Assembly (NCBI GenBank): GCA_963801275.1
Contig: CAWDEF010000001.1
Location: 3,794,315-3,858,314, forward strand
Length of the DNA: 64,000 nt
Source: an uncultured Acidobacteriota bacterium
Lineage (GTDB): Bacteria > Acidobacteriota > Thermoanaerobaculia > UBA5066 > Gp7-AA6
Direction of reading: 5' to 3'
This document shows, piece after piece, positions 61,935 to 64,000 of the stretch. The translations under genes were made by a program, and so were the position numbers. Below the pieces are notes generated by a model. The model saw nothing but the letters and a program-made list of their open reading frames with translations, had not been told where the DNA came from and did not search any database. Each line of letters opens with the position of its first letter. Position 1 is the first letter of the stretch.

Positions 61935-64000
61935 ATGACGCCCTTCGTCTCCGTCCTGTCCTGGCTCGCCACGCTCGCGTTCGTTACCCCGGCTTCTCCT
62001 GCGACGCCGTCCGACGCGCAACTCTCCTCCCTCCAGACGGCGCGCAATGTCGGCCTGGCGGCGCTCGAGGACGGAAACCTCACCGAGGCGAAGAAGCGCT
62101 TCGAGGACGTGCGGCGGCTGGCTCCCGCCGAGCCGCTCGGATGGGCGAACGGCGGTGTGGTGGCCCTGCGCGAAAAGGACCTTGCCGCCACGGAGAAGCT
62201 TCTCGCCGAAGCGGCCCGCCTGGCTCCCTCCGATCCCCGGGTGGCCGCGCTCCGAGGAACCCTCGCCGAGCAGGCCGGTCAGGCCGACGCAGCGATCGCG
62301 TTCTTTGAGAAGGCCGCGGCGGGCGATCCCCGGAACCTTGCCTCTCGCTGGAGCACCGCGCGTCTGCTCGCGGAGAAGCCGGGCGGCCGTCCCCGCGCGA
62401 TCCGTCAGGTGCAAGAGGCGCTCGACCAGGCTCCCTCGAACGTCTTTCTTCTCCTGCGGCTCTCGGAACTCGAGCGGATCGAAGGCGACCGCGCCGGGGC
62501 GGAGGCGGCGCTCGACAGGGTGCTCGCCGAGGCCGCCGGCTCGACGCCAGCGGATGGCAAGCTCGAGCGTTTCGCCGCGGAGGCGAAGGCCGGCCTGCAA
62601 TCGGGAGACATGGCCGGCGCTGCGCTGAAGTCCCGGGTCGTCGAGAACCTTCTGCGGGCGACGCACCGTTATCAGCAGGCGCGTTTCGACGTCGAGCCGG
62701 GCGTCCTGGGCCTGCCCCTGGAAGACTGGACGCCGGCGCTCTCCGATCGGATGCGCACGCGTCCCGCCGCGATTCCCGTCCGCTTCACGCGGCGCGCCGA
62801 CGAGGAGCTCGCCACGCTGTCGGGGCTCTCGGCGGTGCGCGCGACGGGCAAGGATGGCCGCGATCTGGCATTGGCGGGAGCGTCCGGGATCGTGCTCGCG
62901 CGGGCGAAGGACGGATTCCACCCCGGTGCTCCTCTCTCCGGCTCCGGCGCAACGGCCGCTCTCGAGGTCGCTGACATCGACAACACGGGGGAGCTCGACG
63001 TCGTGGCCCCGGGTGCACTCTTTCTGGCGCAGGGCGACGGATTCGTCCGTACCGCACTGGCTGCGGGAGAGAGCGTGCTGCCGATCGACTTCGACTCGGA
63101 CGGAGACCTCGACCTGTACGTCAGCTCGCCTGCTGGCGACAGGTTGCTGCGCAACAATCTGGACGGCACCTGGACGGACGTCACCACCGCCGCCCTCCCG
63201 GAGAAGACCGCCTCCCGCTTCGCGGCGGCCGCAGATTTCGACCGGGACGGCGATCCCGACCTCGTGCTGGCGCGTGCCGGAGGCGGGCTCACGCTTCTGG
63301 ACAACCGGCGCGGCGGACGCTTCGCCGAGCGCAACGCCGGCCTTCCCGGCGCGGGCGCGGTGGCGGGCCTCGCCGCGGGGGACCTGAACGCCGACGGTCG
63401 GCCGGATCTGGTCTGGGCGGGCGAGGCGGCCGCCTCCGTCGCGCTCAATCGCGGCGACGGCTCGTTTGCCGTGGCCGAGGCGCTGCCCTCGGGCGGGGCG
63501 CCCCTGCTCTTCGACTTCGACAACGATGGCGCTCTCGATCTGCTGCTGGCCGGGGCGAAGGGCTCAGCGGGGTCCGCGCTCTACCGCAACGACGGTGCGG
63601 GCGCCTTCGCGCTGACAGACCAGAAACTGCCGCCCGCAGCCGCCGCGGAAGCCGTGGACGTCGACGGGGACGGAGACCTGGACCTCGTGCTCGTGACCCA
63701 CACGGGAGCAGCGGAGCTCTACGCCAACGAGGGCGGGAACGCCAACGGCTGGATGGACGTCGCGCTCGAAGGGCTCCCGACCGGTTCGGCCAAGGTGAAC
63801 CGGCTCGGCTACGGATCCGAGATCGAGGCCCGCGCTGGACAGCTCTACGTCTTCCGCACGGCCAGCCGTCCGGTCACACACCTGGGCCTCGGGGCTCGGA
63901 GGCGCGCAGACGTCCTGCGCATCGTCTGGACCAACGGCGTTCCGCAGAACGCGCTCGATCCGCCGGCGAGAACGGTGCTGCGCGAGGTCCAGCAACTGAA
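61935..64000 (+). CDS. Secreted TPR - FG-GAP/VCBS repeat - ASPIC/UnbV protein (CRTAC1-like); the 3' end runs off the window and it is not in the ORF track
   Basis: My own translation from the ATG at 61935 gives MTPFVSVLSWLATLAFVTPASPA..., then TPR-like helices. Repeats of the type DIDNTGELDVV, DFDSDGDLDLYV, DFDRDGDPDLVL, DLNADGRPDLVW, DFDNDGALDLLL and DVDGDGDLDLVL follow. The end reads NRLGYGSEIEARAG...HLGLG...VLRIVWTNG (ASPIC/UnbV-like). The frame is open to 64000. Confidence 0.7.
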   Translation, partial: MTPFVSVLSWLATLAFVTPASPATPSDAQLSSLQTARNVGLAALEDGNLTEAKKRFEDVRRLAPAEPLGWANGGVVALREKDLAATEKLLAEAARLAPSDPRVAALRGTLAEQAGQADAAIAFFEKAAAGDPRNLASRWSTARLLAEKPGGRPRAIRQVQEALDQAPSNVFLLLRLSELERIEGDRAGAEAALDRVLAEAAGSTPADGKLERFAAEAKAGLQSGDMAGAALKSRVVENLLRATHRYQQARFDVEPGVLGLPLEDWTPALSDRMRTRPAAIPVRFTRRADEELATLSGLSAVRATGKDGRDLALAGASGIVLARAKDGFHPGAPLSGSGATAALEVADIDNTGELDVVAPGALFLAQGDGFVRTALAAGESVLPIDFDSDGDLDLYVSSPAGDRLLRNNLDGTWTDVTTAALPEKTASRFAAAADFDRDGDPDLVLARAGGGLTLLDNRRGGRFAERNAGLPGAGAVAGLAAGDLNADGRPDLVWAGEAAASVALNRGDGSFAVAEALPSGGAPLLFDFDNDGALDLLLAGAKGSAGSALYRNDGAGAFALTDQKLPPAAAAEAVDVDGDGDLDLVLVTHTGAAELYANEGGNANGWMDVALEGLPTGSAKVNRLGYGSEIEARAGQLYVFRTASRPVTHLGLGARRRADVLRIVWTNGVPQNALDPPARTVLREVQQL

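Overview
Very GC-rich, gene-dense bacterial chromosomal segment with about 62 protein-coding genes. I found no rRNA, tRNA, CRISPR array, transposase, integrase or phage genes. Stop codons are rare at this composition, so the six-frame track is full of long spurious antisense or out-of-frame ORFs. I called genes only where the translation shows recognisable family signatures or a convincing secretion/membrane architecture. Two real ORFs run off the window edges and are absent from the track (1-481 minus; 61935-64000 plus).

Content is mostly housekeeping plus envelope biology:
- Translation and RNA: trpS, fmt, rsmA, rsmB, RNase J.
- Chaperones: groES-groEL, with a textbook CIRCE operator and the only clear intrinsic terminator in the window.
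- Division and DNA repair: ftsK, a UvrA-family protein.
- Peptidoglycan: mtgA, PBP1A.
- Redox: msrA, arsC, cytochrome c, ferredoxin, a membrane thioredoxin.
- A glycan-assembly locus at about 30.4-36.7 kb: GT4, GT2, polyprenyl-P sugar transferase, Dpm1-like GT2, and a Wzy_C/O-antigen-ligase-like gene coupled to a TPR gene.
- Two divergent ABC-2 systems, one GldA/F/G-like with a DUF4340 gene.
- A roughly 80-repeat pentapeptide protein divergent from a Ycf46-like AAA+ ATPase.
- A six-gene string coupling mlaE, mlaF and mlaD to UDP-glucuronate-derived sugar synthesis (4-epimerase-like, ugd, uxs).

Many junctions are ATGA/GTGA start-stop overlaps. Lineage cannot be established from here. The diderm envelope genes and the composition fit an Acidobacteriota-like or similar high-GC environmental bacterium, but that is inference only.

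Best candidates for something new:
1. A 611-aa membrane protein (18522-20357) carrying all four STT3/AglB/PglB oligosaccharyltransferase motifs. It is wedged between ftsK and fmt-rsmB, about 10 kb from a lipid-linked glycan locus that also has a Wzy_C-family gene.
2. The Mla-nucleotide-sugar operon.
3. A roughly 320-nt intergenic region with three perfect GC-rich stem-loops.
4. The pentapeptide / AAA+ divergent pair.

All of these are sequence-level inferences that need database or structural confirmation.
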